A model generated the notes under the pieces. It was not told where the DNA came from, searched no databases, and worked only from the letters and a program-made list of their open reading frames with translations. From positions 1-31,837 of the IMG/VR virus record IMGVR_UViG_3300045176_000024: 31,837 nt of DNA, one strand, 5' to 3'. Position 1 is the stretch's first letter, and each line of letters begins with the position of its first letter. Below are positions 1-9,499 of this stretch, one piece after another. This stretch comes from a virus. Its lineage: Duplodnaviria > Caudoviricetes. The position numbers and the translations under genes were made by a program.

Positions 1-1
1 G

Positions 2-652
2 TGCGTCGATCACCACGTCATCGTCAATGCCTGCGAACAGGCCGCCGTTGCGGCGCAGCACCAGGCCGGAGCTGCCGCTCTCATTCGTAGTGCGCAGTTG
101 CTCCTGCGGCGCCGCGTTGACGGGCATAAGGCACTCGCACTGTGGGTGCCTCAGGAGGTAGTGCATGCCTACCACGAGCTGGTGGGGGCCGGGCGTTGTC
201 AGCTCCTGCTGGGGCATCGAGTACGGCGAGCCGGTCAGGCGCCAGCCCACAGGATCAAGAGACGGATCGGCAGCGCTGGCCGTCACGCCCACAGGCACGC
301 GGCGGTAGGTGAGCAGCGACAGCGGCGACCACACGGCCGCACCCTGGATGTAGTCGCCCGGTGCCCAGCGCACGGCGCCTGCGATCACGGCCGCGTTTTG
401 CGCGCTGGTCTCTGCCGCAGCCGCGGCAGACTGGGCCGCATTCTTGTTGCCCTCGATGCCCTGCAGCGCTTGGCCCAGCTCCGCCAGGAAGGTGGTGAGC
501 CAGGCCACGAAGCCGGCGAGCCAGGTGCGGAAGGCCGCAGTCCAGTTCAGGTAGGCGTTGGTCTTGACGTCGAAGGCGGGCTGATCGTCGGTCAGCCGAT
601 TGGGGATGGGCGCCGACTCCGTAGGTGCGCCGGGGGGCGGGGTAAAAATCAT
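2..652 (-). CDS. Tail fibre / tail tip protein, 3' end runs out of the window
   Basis: Not in the ORF track. ATG at 652 overlaps the upstream stop (ATGA) and the frame stays open to the window edge: MIFTPPPGAPTESAPIPNRLTDDQPAFDVKTNAYLNW...AAQSAAAAAETSAQNAA...WAPGDYIQGAAVWSP. Ala-rich helix and position after the tail-tip gene fit. Confidence 0.7.
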   Translation of the reverse strand, partial: MIFTPPPGAPTESAPIPNRLTDDQPAFDVKTNAYLNWTAAFRTWLAGFVAWLTTFLAELGQALQGIEGNKNAAQSAAAAAETSAQNAAVIAGAVRWAPGDYIQGAAVWSPLSLLTYRRVPVGVTASAADPSLDPVGWRLTGSPYSMPQQELTTPGPHQLVVGMHYLLRHPQCECLMPVNAAPQEQLRTTNESGSSGLVLRRNGGLFAGIDDDVVIDA

Positions 653-1578
653 GTGGCAGGAACCTCCAGTCCTTCGATTGCCAAGTTGCAGTCAGAAAAC
701 CCACGTGCCACGAGAACTTGCTTGAAGCTCATGACATAGCCATAGCTGGTGAGCGCATTGACGCCGCGCGCGCCGAACCAAACGACCGGCCTGGAGCGGT
801 AGGGCAGGATCAGCTCGCGCGTGCGCTCGTACTGGGTGCCGCGCACCAGGACCTGCAGCTCCATGCGGTCCGAATACGCGCCCGGGTTGACTTTCCAGCC
901 GCCCCAGTCATCGCGCCCCTTCTGGCCCCAGTCGTCGAAGCCGATGGACGGCCGCCAGTAGGTGTCGCCCAGCCAGACAGAGCGCCCGATGACGCATTCG
1001 CCGCAGCGCGCCTTGGCGCCCGGGTTGCGGATGCGGATCGTGACGGTGGCCTGGGTGTAGGCCGGCAGGCCGGAGATGTGCAGCTTCGTTTCGCGCTCGA
1101 TGGGATGGAAGAAGTAGCCCCAGTGCGAGCCGCCCGAGGGCTTGAGCATCAGCAGGGAGCCGGTGTCCTTGAGCACGCCGTGGACGGGATCGGTGACCAC
1201 GAGCTGCACGTCGTAGGCTTGCACCCCCATCAGCATCACGTCGGTGACCACGCGGCCGGGCGCGACGACGATCTCGATCATGTCGTCGTGCTCCGTGACG
1301 GAGCCGAGCGACGTGTCGAACATGCGCAGACGGTTCTCGACCCCGCGCGATTGCCACTTGCCTGCAGTTGTCGCGGGATCATTGCCCAGGTTGTTCGCCA
1401 TCATGGAGCGCCAGATCACGCGCTGCGCGTCAATCACTTCCTCGTTCAGGGCGTACTGCACCGTGGCCGACCAGGGCGCCAACGTGCTCGCAGGCACGTT
1501 GGTGGTCATGTTGTCAGGGGTGATCGCCATGGGTGGCAGGAACCCCATGCCCAGGGCGTATCCGTCGAGCGGGCTCAT
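649..1578 (-). CDS. Minor tail / distal tail-like protein with an N-terminal carbohydrate-binding-like motif (309 aa)
   Basis: Directly follows the tape measure gene (ATGA overlap). WSATVQYALNEEV...IWRSMMANNLGNDP...KW resembles a CBM5/12-type module. Confidence 0.65.
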   Translation of the reverse strand: MSPLDGYALGMGFLPPMAITPDNMTTNVPASTLAPWSATVQYALNEEVIDAQRVIWRSMMANNLGNDPATTAGKWQSRGVENRLRMFDTSLGSVTEHDDMIEIVVAPGRVVTDVMLMGVQAYDVQLVVTDPVHGVLKDTGSLLMLKPSGGSHWGYFFHPIERETKLHISGLPAYTQATVTIRIRNPGAKARCGECVIGRSVWLGDTYWRPSIGFDDWGQKGRDDWGGWKVNPGAYSDRMELQVLVRGTQYERTRELILPYRSRPVVWFGARGVNALTSYGYVMSFKQVLVARGFSDCNLAIEGLEVPAT

Positions 1579-4500
1579 GCTGTCTCCCTTTGCAGCACGC
1601 CGATGGCGTCCTGCTTGCGCGCGAGGGTCTCGATGCTGTCGAGCCGCACGATCACGGCGCGCAGCAGGTCGTACTGCTGCTGGGCGAGCTGGCGCAGCGC
1701 GGCCACGGTTTGCGCCTCGCCCTTGCCGCCGAGCGCATGCACGCCCAGACGCCCGCCGATGTTCGCCAGGGGAAGGATGGCTTCCTCCCCCGCCTCGCCC
1801 ATCTGGCCGATGTCGAAGAAGGTCGGGCGCGTGACCACGCCGTTGCTGAATGCGCCGCCGCTCGCGAAGCGCTTGATGCCGATGCCCTCGAAAAGGCTGT
1901 CGATGTAGTCCTCGGGCATCTCGTAGACGCGCGCGATGTCCGCGTTGCTGATGCCCGAGCCGTACAGTGCGGCGTTGATGTGCTGAAGCGTGCTGGCGTC
2001 GTCATGGCCCAGGCCACGCTCTTGCGCATACTTGAGTTGCTGGTCGATGCGCCAGCGGATGTCGGCATCCCGGTCATAGTTCCCGCCCTCCGAGCCACCG
2101 CCAGGCCCTGAGACGAAGCCGCCACCGCCGCCTCCACCGCTGCCGCCGCTCCCGCCGCTCCCACCGCTGGCGTCCTTCCCCGTCTCTTCAAACATCCGCT
2201 CATAGAACTCGCGCACGGCGCTTTCAACGTCGCGCACGGCCACCGTATTGCCTCGGGCCGCATCCAGCGCTTCGCGGCCCAGCCGCGAAATCGTGTCCAG
2301 GCGGTCCACCTCGATCCGGGCCTGCTCCAGCAGCAGCTCGGACACGTCCGCCTGGGCTTCGCCGTTGTCACCGATGGCGTCGAGCTTGTTGGCGAGGATG
2401 AGCTGCGCGGCCTCGTAATCCAGCCGGTTGGCGTAGGCGCTGGTGCCCATGCCCGCGCGTGCATCTGCGACGGCCTGGCGCAGGCCCTCGGCATCGGGGA
2501 GCTGGCCGCCGCGTGCGGCGGTGAGCGCGTTGTCGATCCATGCATTGGCCTGCGCGGCCGACATCGCGGCAGCGCTCGCAACCTGGCCGCGCAGCTCGCG
2601 TGCCTGATCGCGAGCGATGTCCACGACGGCACGGGCCGTGGCGAGGCGTTCCTCGCGCAGCGCGACCTCGGACTGCGCGGCGTCGCGCGCGGCCTGGACG
2701 CTCTTTTGCAGGGCAGACCAGGCGGCATCGGTCGCGGCTTTGCGCGCATCGGCCTCGGCCTTGGCCTGGCGCTCTGCAGCCTCCTCCTGGGCCTTGGCGG
2801 CATCCTCGGCAGACCGGGTGATCTGGGCCAGCGAGCCCTGCAGGTTGAGCAGCGCGGCCACCGTGGGCGCGCCTGCGGCGCCCAGGGCAATGTTGGCGTC
2901 CATCAGCGCGCGCAGCTCGTCGCGGGACCGGGGCAGCTCGTACCCGAGCGCCGCGAATTGGGTAGTGAGGTCACGGGTCAGCGCCGCGCTGCGCTCACCC
3001 TCGGTGTAGTAGTTCTGGTAGTAGCTGCTGGTGAGCGCGGCGAGGTTCTCGGCGCCGCCTGTGGCCCTGAGCAGCGCGGTGATGGCGTCATTGGCATAGC
3101 CCGCGAAACCCTGGATGCTGTTGCCCAGGTTGGCGAACAGGGCTTGGACTTGCCCGATCTGCTGCACCACGGGGCCGAGGGCTTCCAACGTGGGGGAGTC
3201 GCCCAGCGCGTCGAGCATCTCGCGCGCCCACTCTGCATCTCCGATGGCCGTCTTGAGGGCATCACGGGCGCTGGCGGCGATGGCGGCGAAGTACTGCCGC
3301 TGGCCTTCTTCCCCATCTGCAAATTCCCTCGGCGCCCAGCGGCTGGTCTGGGTGTCGGCCCAGTTCAGAATGGACTTGTCGCCCAGCCGGATCATGAGCG
3401 AGCCCCAGGCACCGTCCTTGGACGAGTCGTCGGCGAAGGCCGTCGCTGCGTAGTACCCGGCCTGCTGCCCGAAGGAGGTCGCCGTGGCGTCCAGCAGGCC
3501 TACGAGCGTTTGTGCGATGGAGGCACTTTGCTGCTCGACGCTCTGGTCGTAATAGCGCGAGTTGACGCCGAACGTCAGGCCCTGGTCGAGCACGCCCAGG
3601 CCCGTGGTTGTGCCGCCCGCTTCGCTGTAGCTGGCCGCGCCCCCGATGTGCGGAGTGGAGCCCTTGAACACCCCGCCGAGGCCGCCCAGCAGTGCGATGC
3701 CGGCCAAGGCCCAGCCCCAGCCGGGGATGGCGCCCAACGCGCCCGTCAGGCCGCCCCCGGCTGCGGCACCCGCTCCGGCCCCTGCGCCCACGCCACCCGC
3801 CGTAAGGCCGAGGCCACCGCCTGCGGTCAGTCCAAGTCCGCCACCCGCCGTAAGGCCCAGACCCGTTGCGCCCGAGCCGAGCGCATACATGGAACTCGCG
3901 CCGCCAAGGCCAAGCCAGCCGCCCGCTGCCGTGAGGGCATTGCCCAGCACGCTGTTGCCGGTCGCCAGGGCATAGAGACTGCTCGCGTTGCTTGCCATGC
4001 CGAGCAGGTTTCCGGCGCCGCCGCCATTTCCGCCCAGCAGTGCCTGCAAGCCGCTCCCACCGATCAGCCCCATCATGTTGCCGACGATGTTCACGACGAA
4101 TGGCTCGGCGAACGCCTTGTACAGCTCGTTCGCGACGGTCGTTTTAAACGTCGTCGCCATGCTCTTGTTGAAGGCGTCCCACGCATCCTCGCCCCGATTG
4201 AGCATGTCGGCGAAGCCCTGGCGGAAGGTGTCGTTGATCTGGTCCACCGTGCGCGTGGTCTCGCGCGCATAGACGCGCCCCACCACGGCCGCCTGGGCGC
4301 GCGCGGCGGCTTCGCTCGCTTCGGCCTTGAGCTTTTCCGCGCCGGCCCGGTCTGCAGGGTTCTTGGCGTCGATCTCCTCCAGCCGCTTCTTGAGGTCGAT
4401 GGCGATGCGGTACTGCTCCAGCGCGATCTCGCGCTCGCGCTGCGACAGTGTGGTCAGGCTCAGCTCGAACTGGGTGGCCGCGTTGGCCTCATCGATGGCC

Positions 4501-7457
4501 TTTGCATAGTCGTGCACCATGCGGGCCGATTCGTTGTAGCCCTGCACCTTCGCAAGATCGCGTATCGCCTGGGCCTGTTCGCGCAGGGCCTTGGACGCAC
4601 GGCCCGTCAGGTCGATGCCGGCCATCGTGACGGCCTGGCGCTCCAGCTCGGCGGCGGCGTCCTCTACGCGCGCCTGGCGCAGCGCGCCCAGGGCCGCGCC
4701 GGTCTTGCCGATCTCCAGCGTGTCCAGCCTGGCAACGCGCAGGTTTTCCTGAGCCTCGCGCGCGGAGCGCTCATAGCCTTCGATGCGCTGCTCCAGCGCC
4801 TCGGCCGCCTGGGCGTCCAGCTCCTGCTGCTGGCGCGCGGCCTGGACCTCGGTGTTGGCGCGCCGTTGCGCCAGCTCGGCCAGCTCGCCCTGGATGTTGG
4901 CCTGCTCCTTGGCCGAATCCTTGCGCCCCTGCAGCAGGGCCAGCTCGGCCTGCAGCGCCGCGCGCTGCGCGTCGATGTCGGCGAGCTGCAGGGCCGTGCG
5001 CCGCTCCAGCGCCTCGGACTCATCGATGGCGCCGCGCTTGCGCAGCGCGTCCACCTCGGCCAGGCTGTCTGCGGTCTGCGCCGCGAGCAGCTTGTAGCCT
5101 TGCTTCGTCGCGGCGATCTCGGCATCGATACCCTGCGCGCGGGCGGTGGCCGCGCTGGCGCCCAGGTCCTTGATCTTCTTGTCGCGCTCGGCCGCGAGCT
5201 GGCGCTCGACCTGGTCCTGCTCGGCCTGGGCCTGGCGGATTTTCTCCGGATCGGTGCCTCGCTGCTCCAGGGCGGTGCGGTACTGCTCCCACGCGCTGCG
5301 CGAGGCCGACAGCTTGTCCGAGTACTCCTGCTGGATGGCGATGGCGGTCTTTACGCCGTCGTTGGCCTTGCGCCATGCTTGCTCTGCGCCTTGCACCGTG
5401 AGGCCGAGCTTGCCGGCGCCGGTGGTCAGGCTGGTCTGCGCTTCCTCGGCGCTCCTGATCTTGCCGGCCAGTGTGCCGTACTGCACGAGCAGCTTCTGCA
5501 GCAGCTCGCGGCGCGCTTCCTCTGGCAGGCCCTGGCCCCCGGTCGGTCCCTTGCCGGCCTGCAGGTTGTCGATCTGCGCCTGCAGCTCTGCCAGACGGTC
5601 GGTCGCCTCGCCGCTTTGCTTCGCCAGGTCGCCCATGCCTGCAGCGGCCAGCGCGTTGCGCTGCTGCAGCTTGGCGATCTGCTTGTCCAGGTCCGCGATG
5701 ATCTCGGGCGTGGTGCGCGCCACGGCGCCCTGCACCTGGCGCTCGGCATCGGAGCCCTTGTTGCCCCACAGTGCCCAGGCGGTCGCGCCCAGCGTCACGG
5801 CCGTGGTGACGATGCCGATAGGGCCGCCCAGGAAGCCAGCCACCCCGCTGAGCGCACGCCCGGCCACCGAGGCCGCGCCCTGCGCCGCCGCCAGTTGCGC
5901 GGCCGAGGCCGAGGCGGCGTTCTGCGCTGCCGTCTGGGCCGTGGTGGCCGCTGCAATGGCAGCCTGCACGCCGGCCTGCTGCTTGCCCAGCGTTGCCAGC
6001 TCGGTCATCAGCACGGCATGGCGGGCCTGCGCGGCGGTCAGCGCCTGGGTGCCCTCGCGCACGGCGGCCAGCGCAATGCTCTGTGCGCCAGCGGCGCGGG
6101 CGGCGGCGATCTGCGCCTCGGCCTGGGCCATGGTGGCACGCACCGCGTCCATCTTGGCCACGACCTCGGCACGCGCCACAACAATGGCCTCGCGCGTGGT
6201 GTTGAGGGTGGCGATCTGCGTGGCCTGCGCCGCCACGTCGGCCTGAGCCTGCGCGGCCTTGGCCGACAGCTCGGACAGGTAGGCCGCCAGCTTCTGCTTG
6301 CTTGTGAGAGCGACCTCCACGTTGCCGGCCGACTCGGCCGCCGACTGCACGGCCGCCAGGCGCGACGCCTGCGCCGCCTCGACCTTCGCGACCGTGGCCC
6401 GCGCCATGTCGGCCACGAAGTTCCCCAGCTTCATGCCCATGTAGGCCGACGCCAGCATCGTCACCGCTTCGCGGTGTTCGTAGAGCCCAACGCCCAGCTC
6501 GCGCAACGCTCCCACGCCGGTGACCGCCATCTCAGACAGTTCCCGGATGCCCGCGACCAAGTCTTCGTTGAGTGTGACCTTCTGGTTAGCGTCAATGGTC
6601 GAGAAGAGGCTGGACACTTCACCCAGCGCAGCCTTGGATGCCGTGATCAGTGGCTCCATACCTTCGGCCGCCACACGCGTGGCGCCTTCTCGAATCTGAT
6701 CAAGCCTGCCTTTGAAGGTATCGCCGAACGCATTGCTCGACTCCTCGAAGCCCTGCAGTCGAGACATCAGGAATGCGAACAGCCCCTCGCTAGACGCCTT
6801 GGCTTTCGCTATGTCCGAGTCCTTGAGCCCCAGCGCATTCGCCAGCGTCGAGCTGGCCGGCTGGATGCCGCCCGCGACCAGGTCGCGCAGTTCCTGCACC
6901 ACCTGGCTCGCGTCCAGGCCCATGCTCTTGACTGCGTTGGTGCCGACCACGGTGAGCTGGCGGATTTCGTCCAGCGTCATGCGCGCGCCCAGGCCGGGGG
7001 CCAGCAGCGCCTGGAACACCTGCACCAGCTCCTGGCTGGTGGCGGCAGTGCGCAGCGCGTCGTCGTTGAGCTGCTGGATGTACTGGACGGCGAGCTGCAG
7101 GCCCCGGTTGTAGTCGAGCTGTTGGCCGTTGATGGCCGTCATGCTGCCCAGGATGCCGGCCATGCCGACCTGGCTCACCTCCAGGTTCTTGGAGTAGTCG
7201 AACGCATTGCGCGGCAGGGCCGTGAGCGCGTTGCTGATCGCCTCGATGCCGTTGCTGACGATGTGCAGGCCGGCCGCGCCCTGCACGATGTCACGCACCG
7301 ACATGCTGACCTGCGCCAGGCTGCGTGTGGCGCGCGCCGCTCCCTGCTCGGCGCTGGCGCCCAGGTTCACGAACTCGCGCGCGGCGCGTGGCAGCTCAGT
7401 CGTCACCGACTGGGCGTCCACCACCATCTTGATGCCTACCTGGCGTACCGCGCTCAT
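1575..7457 (-). CDS. Tail tape measure protein (1960 aa)
   Basis: Very long Ala-rich helical ORF with Gly-rich hydrophobic segments and a C-terminal FASGGAF...MGEAGEEAILPL motif typical of tape measure proteins. Lies downstream of the tail chaperone. Confidence 0.92.
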   Translation of the reverse strand: MSAVRQVGIKMVVDAQSVTTELPRAAREFVNLGASAEQGAARATRSLAQVSMSVRDIVQGAAGLHIVSNGIEAISNALTALPRNAFDYSKNLEVSQVGMAGILGSMTAINGQQLDYNRGLQLAVQYIQQLNDDALRTAATSQELVQVFQALLAPGLGARMTLDEIRQLTVVGTNAVKSMGLDASQVVQELRDLVAGGIQPASSTLANALGLKDSDIAKAKASSEGLFAFLMSRLQGFEESSNAFGDTFKGRLDQIREGATRVAAEGMEPLITASKAALGEVSSLFSTIDANQKVTLNEDLVAGIRELSEMAVTGVGALRELGVGLYEHREAVTMLASAYMGMKLGNFVADMARATVAKVEAAQASRLAAVQSAAESAGNVEVALTSKQKLAAYLSELSAKAAQAQADVAAQATQIATLNTTREAIVVARAEVVAKMDAVRATMAQAEAQIAAARAAGAQSIALAAVREGTQALTAAQARHAVLMTELATLGKQQAGVQAAIAAATTAQTAAQNAASASAAQLAAAQGAASVAGRALSGVAGFLGGPIGIVTTAVTLGATAWALWGNKGSDAERQVQGAVARTTPEIIADLDKQIAKLQQRNALAAAGMGDLAKQSGEATDRLAELQAQIDNLQAGKGPTGGQGLPEEARRELLQKLLVQYGTLAGKIRSAEEAQTSLTTGAGKLGLTVQGAEQAWRKANDGVKTAIAIQQEYSDKLSASRSAWEQYRTALEQRGTDPEKIRQAQAEQDQVERQLAAERDKKIKDLGASAATARAQGIDAEIAATKQGYKLLAAQTADSLAEVDALRKRGAIDESEALERRTALQLADIDAQRAALQAELALLQGRKDSAKEQANIQGELAELAQRRANTEVQAARQQQELDAQAAEALEQRIEGYERSAREAQENLRVARLDTLEIGKTGAALGALRQARVEDAAAELERQAVTMAGIDLTGRASKALREQAQAIRDLAKVQGYNESARMVHDYAKAIDEANAATQFELSLTTLSQREREIALEQYRIAIDLKKRLEEIDAKNPADRAGAEKLKAEASEAAARAQAAVVGRVYARETTRTVDQINDTFRQGFADMLNRGEDAWDAFNKSMATTFKTTVANELYKAFAEPFVVNIVGNMMGLIGGSGLQALLGGNGGGAGNLLGMASNASSLYALATGNSVLGNALTAAGGWLGLGGASSMYALGSGATGLGLTAGGGLGLTAGGGLGLTAGGVGAGAGAGAAAGGGLTGALGAIPGWGWALAGIALLGGLGGVFKGSTPHIGGAASYSEAGGTTTGLGVLDQGLTFGVNSRYYDQSVEQQSASIAQTLVGLLDATATSFGQQAGYYAATAFADDSSKDGAWGSLMIRLGDKSILNWADTQTSRWAPREFADGEEGQRQYFAAIAASARDALKTAIGDAEWAREMLDALGDSPTLEALGPVVQQIGQVQALFANLGNSIQGFAGYANDAITALLRATGGAENLAALTSSYYQNYYTEGERSAALTRDLTTQFAALGYELPRSRDELRALMDANIALGAAGAPTVAALLNLQGSLAQITRSAEDAAKAQEEAAERQAKAEADARKAATDAAWSALQKSVQAARDAAQSEVALREERLATARAVVDIARDQARELRGQVASAAAMSAAQANAWIDNALTAARGGQLPDAEGLRQAVADARAGMGTSAYANRLDYEAAQLILANKLDAIGDNGEAQADVSELLLEQARIEVDRLDTISRLGREALDAARGNTVAVRDVESAVREFYERMFEETGKDASGGSGGSGGSGGGGGGGFVSGPGGGSEGGNYDRDADIRWRIDQQLKYAQERGLGHDDASTLQHINAALYGSGISNADIARVYEMPEDYIDSLFEGIGIKRFASGGAFSNGVVTRPTFFDIGQMGEAGEEAILPLANIGGRLGVHALGGKGEAQTVAALRQLAQQQYDLLRAVIVRLDSIETLARKQDAIGVLQRETA

Positions 7458-7475
7458 TTGTTTTAAAGTCCCTGT

Positions 7476-7619
7476 ATGTTCAAGTTCCTGACCGGCTTCT
7501 GGCTTCCCGTCCTGTTCCTGCTGATGGTCTTCAAGGCATCAGCTACAGGCGTGTGGCTGGTATTGCCCCTGGTGCTCGTGCCGGCCTGGCTGCTGTACTG
7601 CCTGATGTCCAGCCGCTGA
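7476..7619 (+). CDS. Small two-TM membrane protein (47 aa), antisense to the tail operon
   Basis: Not in the ORF track. MFKFLTGFWLPVLFLLMVFKASATGVWLVLPLVLVPAWLLYCLMSSR fills the gap between the chaperone and tape measure genes and is followed by a hairpin and T-run. No clear RBS. Confidence 0.6.
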   Translation: MFKFLTGFWLPVLFLLMVFKASATGVWLVLPLVLVPAWLLYCLMSSR

Positions 7620-7639
7620 CCGCCACCGTCTCCAGGAAC

Positions 7640-7668
7640 CAGGCCGGGCAATCCGGCCTGTTTCATTT
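7640..7668 (+). terminator. Putative intrinsic terminator for the small + strand gene
   Basis: CAGGCCGG-gcaat-CCGGCCTG followed by TTTCATTT. Confidence 0.55.
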
Positions 7669-8058
7669 GCGGCGCTGCTGGTTGAGCAGCTTCACGGTCT
7701 CCTGCTCCAGCACCTGGAGCTGGGCGAACACCTCGGCCTCCCGCTCCTGCGGCACCCCATAGCGCCGCATCACGACCTCGACGCCGGGGTAGTTGAGCCC
7801 CTCCCACACCACGCCACCGCCCAGCGGGATCGGCGTCTTGACCCATTGCGAGCCACAGCCCAGGTACACGTCCCAGGCCATCGCGTGCTCGGGCCACAGC
7901 GCGTAGTCCTGCGGGCGATCGCGCTGGTGTTGCGGAGGAATGAGCCGGTTAAGGTCCACCCCGAGCAGTGCGGCGTCGGCCCGCAGGTCGTCATCGACTA
8001 CGTGGCGGCGCGCGCCGTCTCGGCCGAAGTGGTGCCGGACGGCGCCGCGGAGTTTTTT
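7663..8058 (-). CDS. Tail assembly chaperone -1 frameshift extension (gpT-like, DUF1799-like)
   Basis: Open frame entered at the slippery site, with no good start of its own: KKLRGAVRHHF...LWPEHAMAWDVYLGCGSQW...GLNYPGVEVVM...LQVLEQE. Confidence 0.75.
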   Translation of the reverse strand, partial: KKLRGAVRHHFGRDGARRHVVDDDLRADAALLGVDLNRLIPPQHQRDRPQDYALWPEHAMAWDVYLGCGSQWVKTPIPLGGGVVWEGLNYPGVEVVMRRYGVPQEREAEVFAQLQVLEQETVKLLNQQRRK

Positions 8059-8468
8059 TGCGCCGCCTCGCGCTGGTTGACAAAGAAGTGGTCGAACCAG
8101 CACACGGCCATGGCCTGCTCCAGACCCGGATAGGCCTGGTTGGTCGAGCGCCGCTCTTCATGGCTGTAGGGCACCGCGTTACCGTTCTCATCGAGCATGC
8201 CGCCCCAGCCCGCGACTACCTTGTCGAGTAGCTCGGCATTGCTGAGACGGCGGTGCTCCTGGGTGGGTGCGGCGTCCGCCTTGGGCGCGGGCACCTCGAC
8301 CACATAGCCCAGCGTGTAGCGCTTGTGCAGCTCGTCGCGCTCGCCCTCGGGCAGGCGCTTGAAGATGGTGTCGAACTTGTGCACGTGGAACGTGCCGTTG
8401 TCGTCGGGCAGGAACAGCTCGGCGGGGCAGGTGACTGTGGGCTTGAGACCGGAAATCTTGACGGCCAT
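7998..8468 (-). CDS. Tail assembly chaperone (gpG-like, 156 aa)
   Basis: Start MAVKISG at 8468 with RBS AAGAGG. Lies between tail tube and tape measure and ends in QKNS at an A-run. Confidence 0.82.
   Translation of the reverse strand: MAVKISGLKPTVTCPAELFLPDDNGTFHVHKFDTIFKRLPEGERDELHKRYTLGYVVEVPAPKADAAPTQEHRRLSNAELLDKVVAGWGGMLDENGNAVPYSHEERRSTNQAYPGLEQAMAVCWFDHFFVNQREAAQKNSAAPSGTTSAETARAAT
8052..8058 (-). other. Programmed -1 ribosomal frameshift heptamer A AAA AAC
   Basis: Minus strand reads GCG CAA AAA AAC TCC. A -1 slip joins this frame to the 7663 frame, as in lambda-type G/GT chaperones. Confidence 0.8.
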
Positions 8469-8526
8469 GGTTTTCCTCTTGCGGTTGGTGGTGGGTGGTG
8501 GGTGGACTGGGGAGCCGCCGCGCCGG

Positions 8527-9459
8527 TCAGCGCACCACGATCTCCCATTCGTCGTTGCCCAGCAGGGGCACGTAGCGCAGCGGCACCGTGATCTGCTGGA
8601 CACCGTCCGACTCCCCGAAGGTGGGCTTGCCAAGCTGCACGTTGGGCGCGATCAGCTCGATCACGTTGGTGGCGCCGGGGCCGTGCTTGAACGCGATCGG
8701 GCCGCGCGTGGACTGGCGGGCCAGCTCGACCCAGTTCTTGTCGGATACGCGGGTGTTGTCGAACGTCACGCTGCCGGTGCTCTTGCGGCCGGTGATCTCG
8801 ACCGTGTCCACGTTGATCAGGTCGCGCTTGATGACCGTGTTGCCGAAGTCGAAACTGAATGCGCTGGCCGCCACTGCCGTGCCGTGCAGCGACAGCGTGG
8901 TGTTCGCCTTGTTGACGCCGAACGGGTCCTGGAAGGCGGCATAGGAAGCGGCAGGCAGAGGGGCATCGGTGGCCGCCTGGTAGGTGCCCGTGATCTCGAA
9001 CTGCCATTTGGCAATCGTCTTGGCGTCGCCAGCCAGCTTCGTGTTGATCATGCCGGCCGTCATCTTCTGCAGGTTGCGGCCCACGGCGATGTAGATCGTC
9101 ACGCTCTCCAGCCCATCGGTGACGGGGGCGAAGCGCACGTCGGTATCGTCGTTCACGGTCACGCTGGTGGCCGAGGCGCGCAGCAGCGCGTCATAGCCGG
9201 GCAGCTCGCCGGGCACCGCCACGCCCGCCGCTTCCACCGAGAACGACAGCTTGGCGTACTGGGTGACCATGGTGCTGCCGCCGTCGCCGAAGTACGGGCG
9301 GATGTTGTTGCGCTCGATCTCGTCGCCTTCCAGCGGCGTGAAGGTCACATCGCTCACGAGGATGGCGTTGGCCGCGCCCGTGGGCAGGGCGTCGGTGCCC
9401 TTCGTGGTTTCGACCTTGGCGAGGATGATGGTCTGGTTGATGAAGATCGGATCGGACAT
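8527..9459 (-). CDS. Major tail (tube) protein (310 aa)
   Basis: ILAKVETTKGTDA...IERNNIRPYFG...ITGRKSTGSVT motifs and position upstream of the chaperone. Confidence 0.85.
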   Translation of the reverse strand: MSDPIFINQTIILAKVETTKGTDALPTGAANAILVSDVTFTPLEGDEIERNNIRPYFGDGGSTMVTQYAKLSFSVEAAGVAVPGELPGYDALLRASATSVTVNDDTDVRFAPVTDGLESVTIYIAVGRNLQKMTAGMINTKLAGDAKTIAKWQFEITGTYQAATDAPLPAASYAAFQDPFGVNKANTTLSLHGTAVAASAFSFDFGNTVIKRDLINVDTVEITGRKSTGSVTFDNTRVSDKNWVELARQSTRGPIAFKHGPGATNVIELIAPNVQLGKPTFGESDGVQQITVPLRYVPLLGNDEWEIVVR

Positions 9460-9499
9460 GGCCGTTTAATTCCTGTGCGTGTTTGTTGATGGGGGCCGC

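Noticed and set aside
98-739. ORFs 98-739 (+) and 255-704 (-) from the track
   Set aside because: The plausible gene is the minus-strand frame starting at 652 in an ATGA overlap, which runs off the window.
2706-7466. 1586-aa + strand ORF
   Set aside because: Antisense shadow of the tape measure gene. High GC and codon bias remove stop codons, and it has no recognisable motifs.
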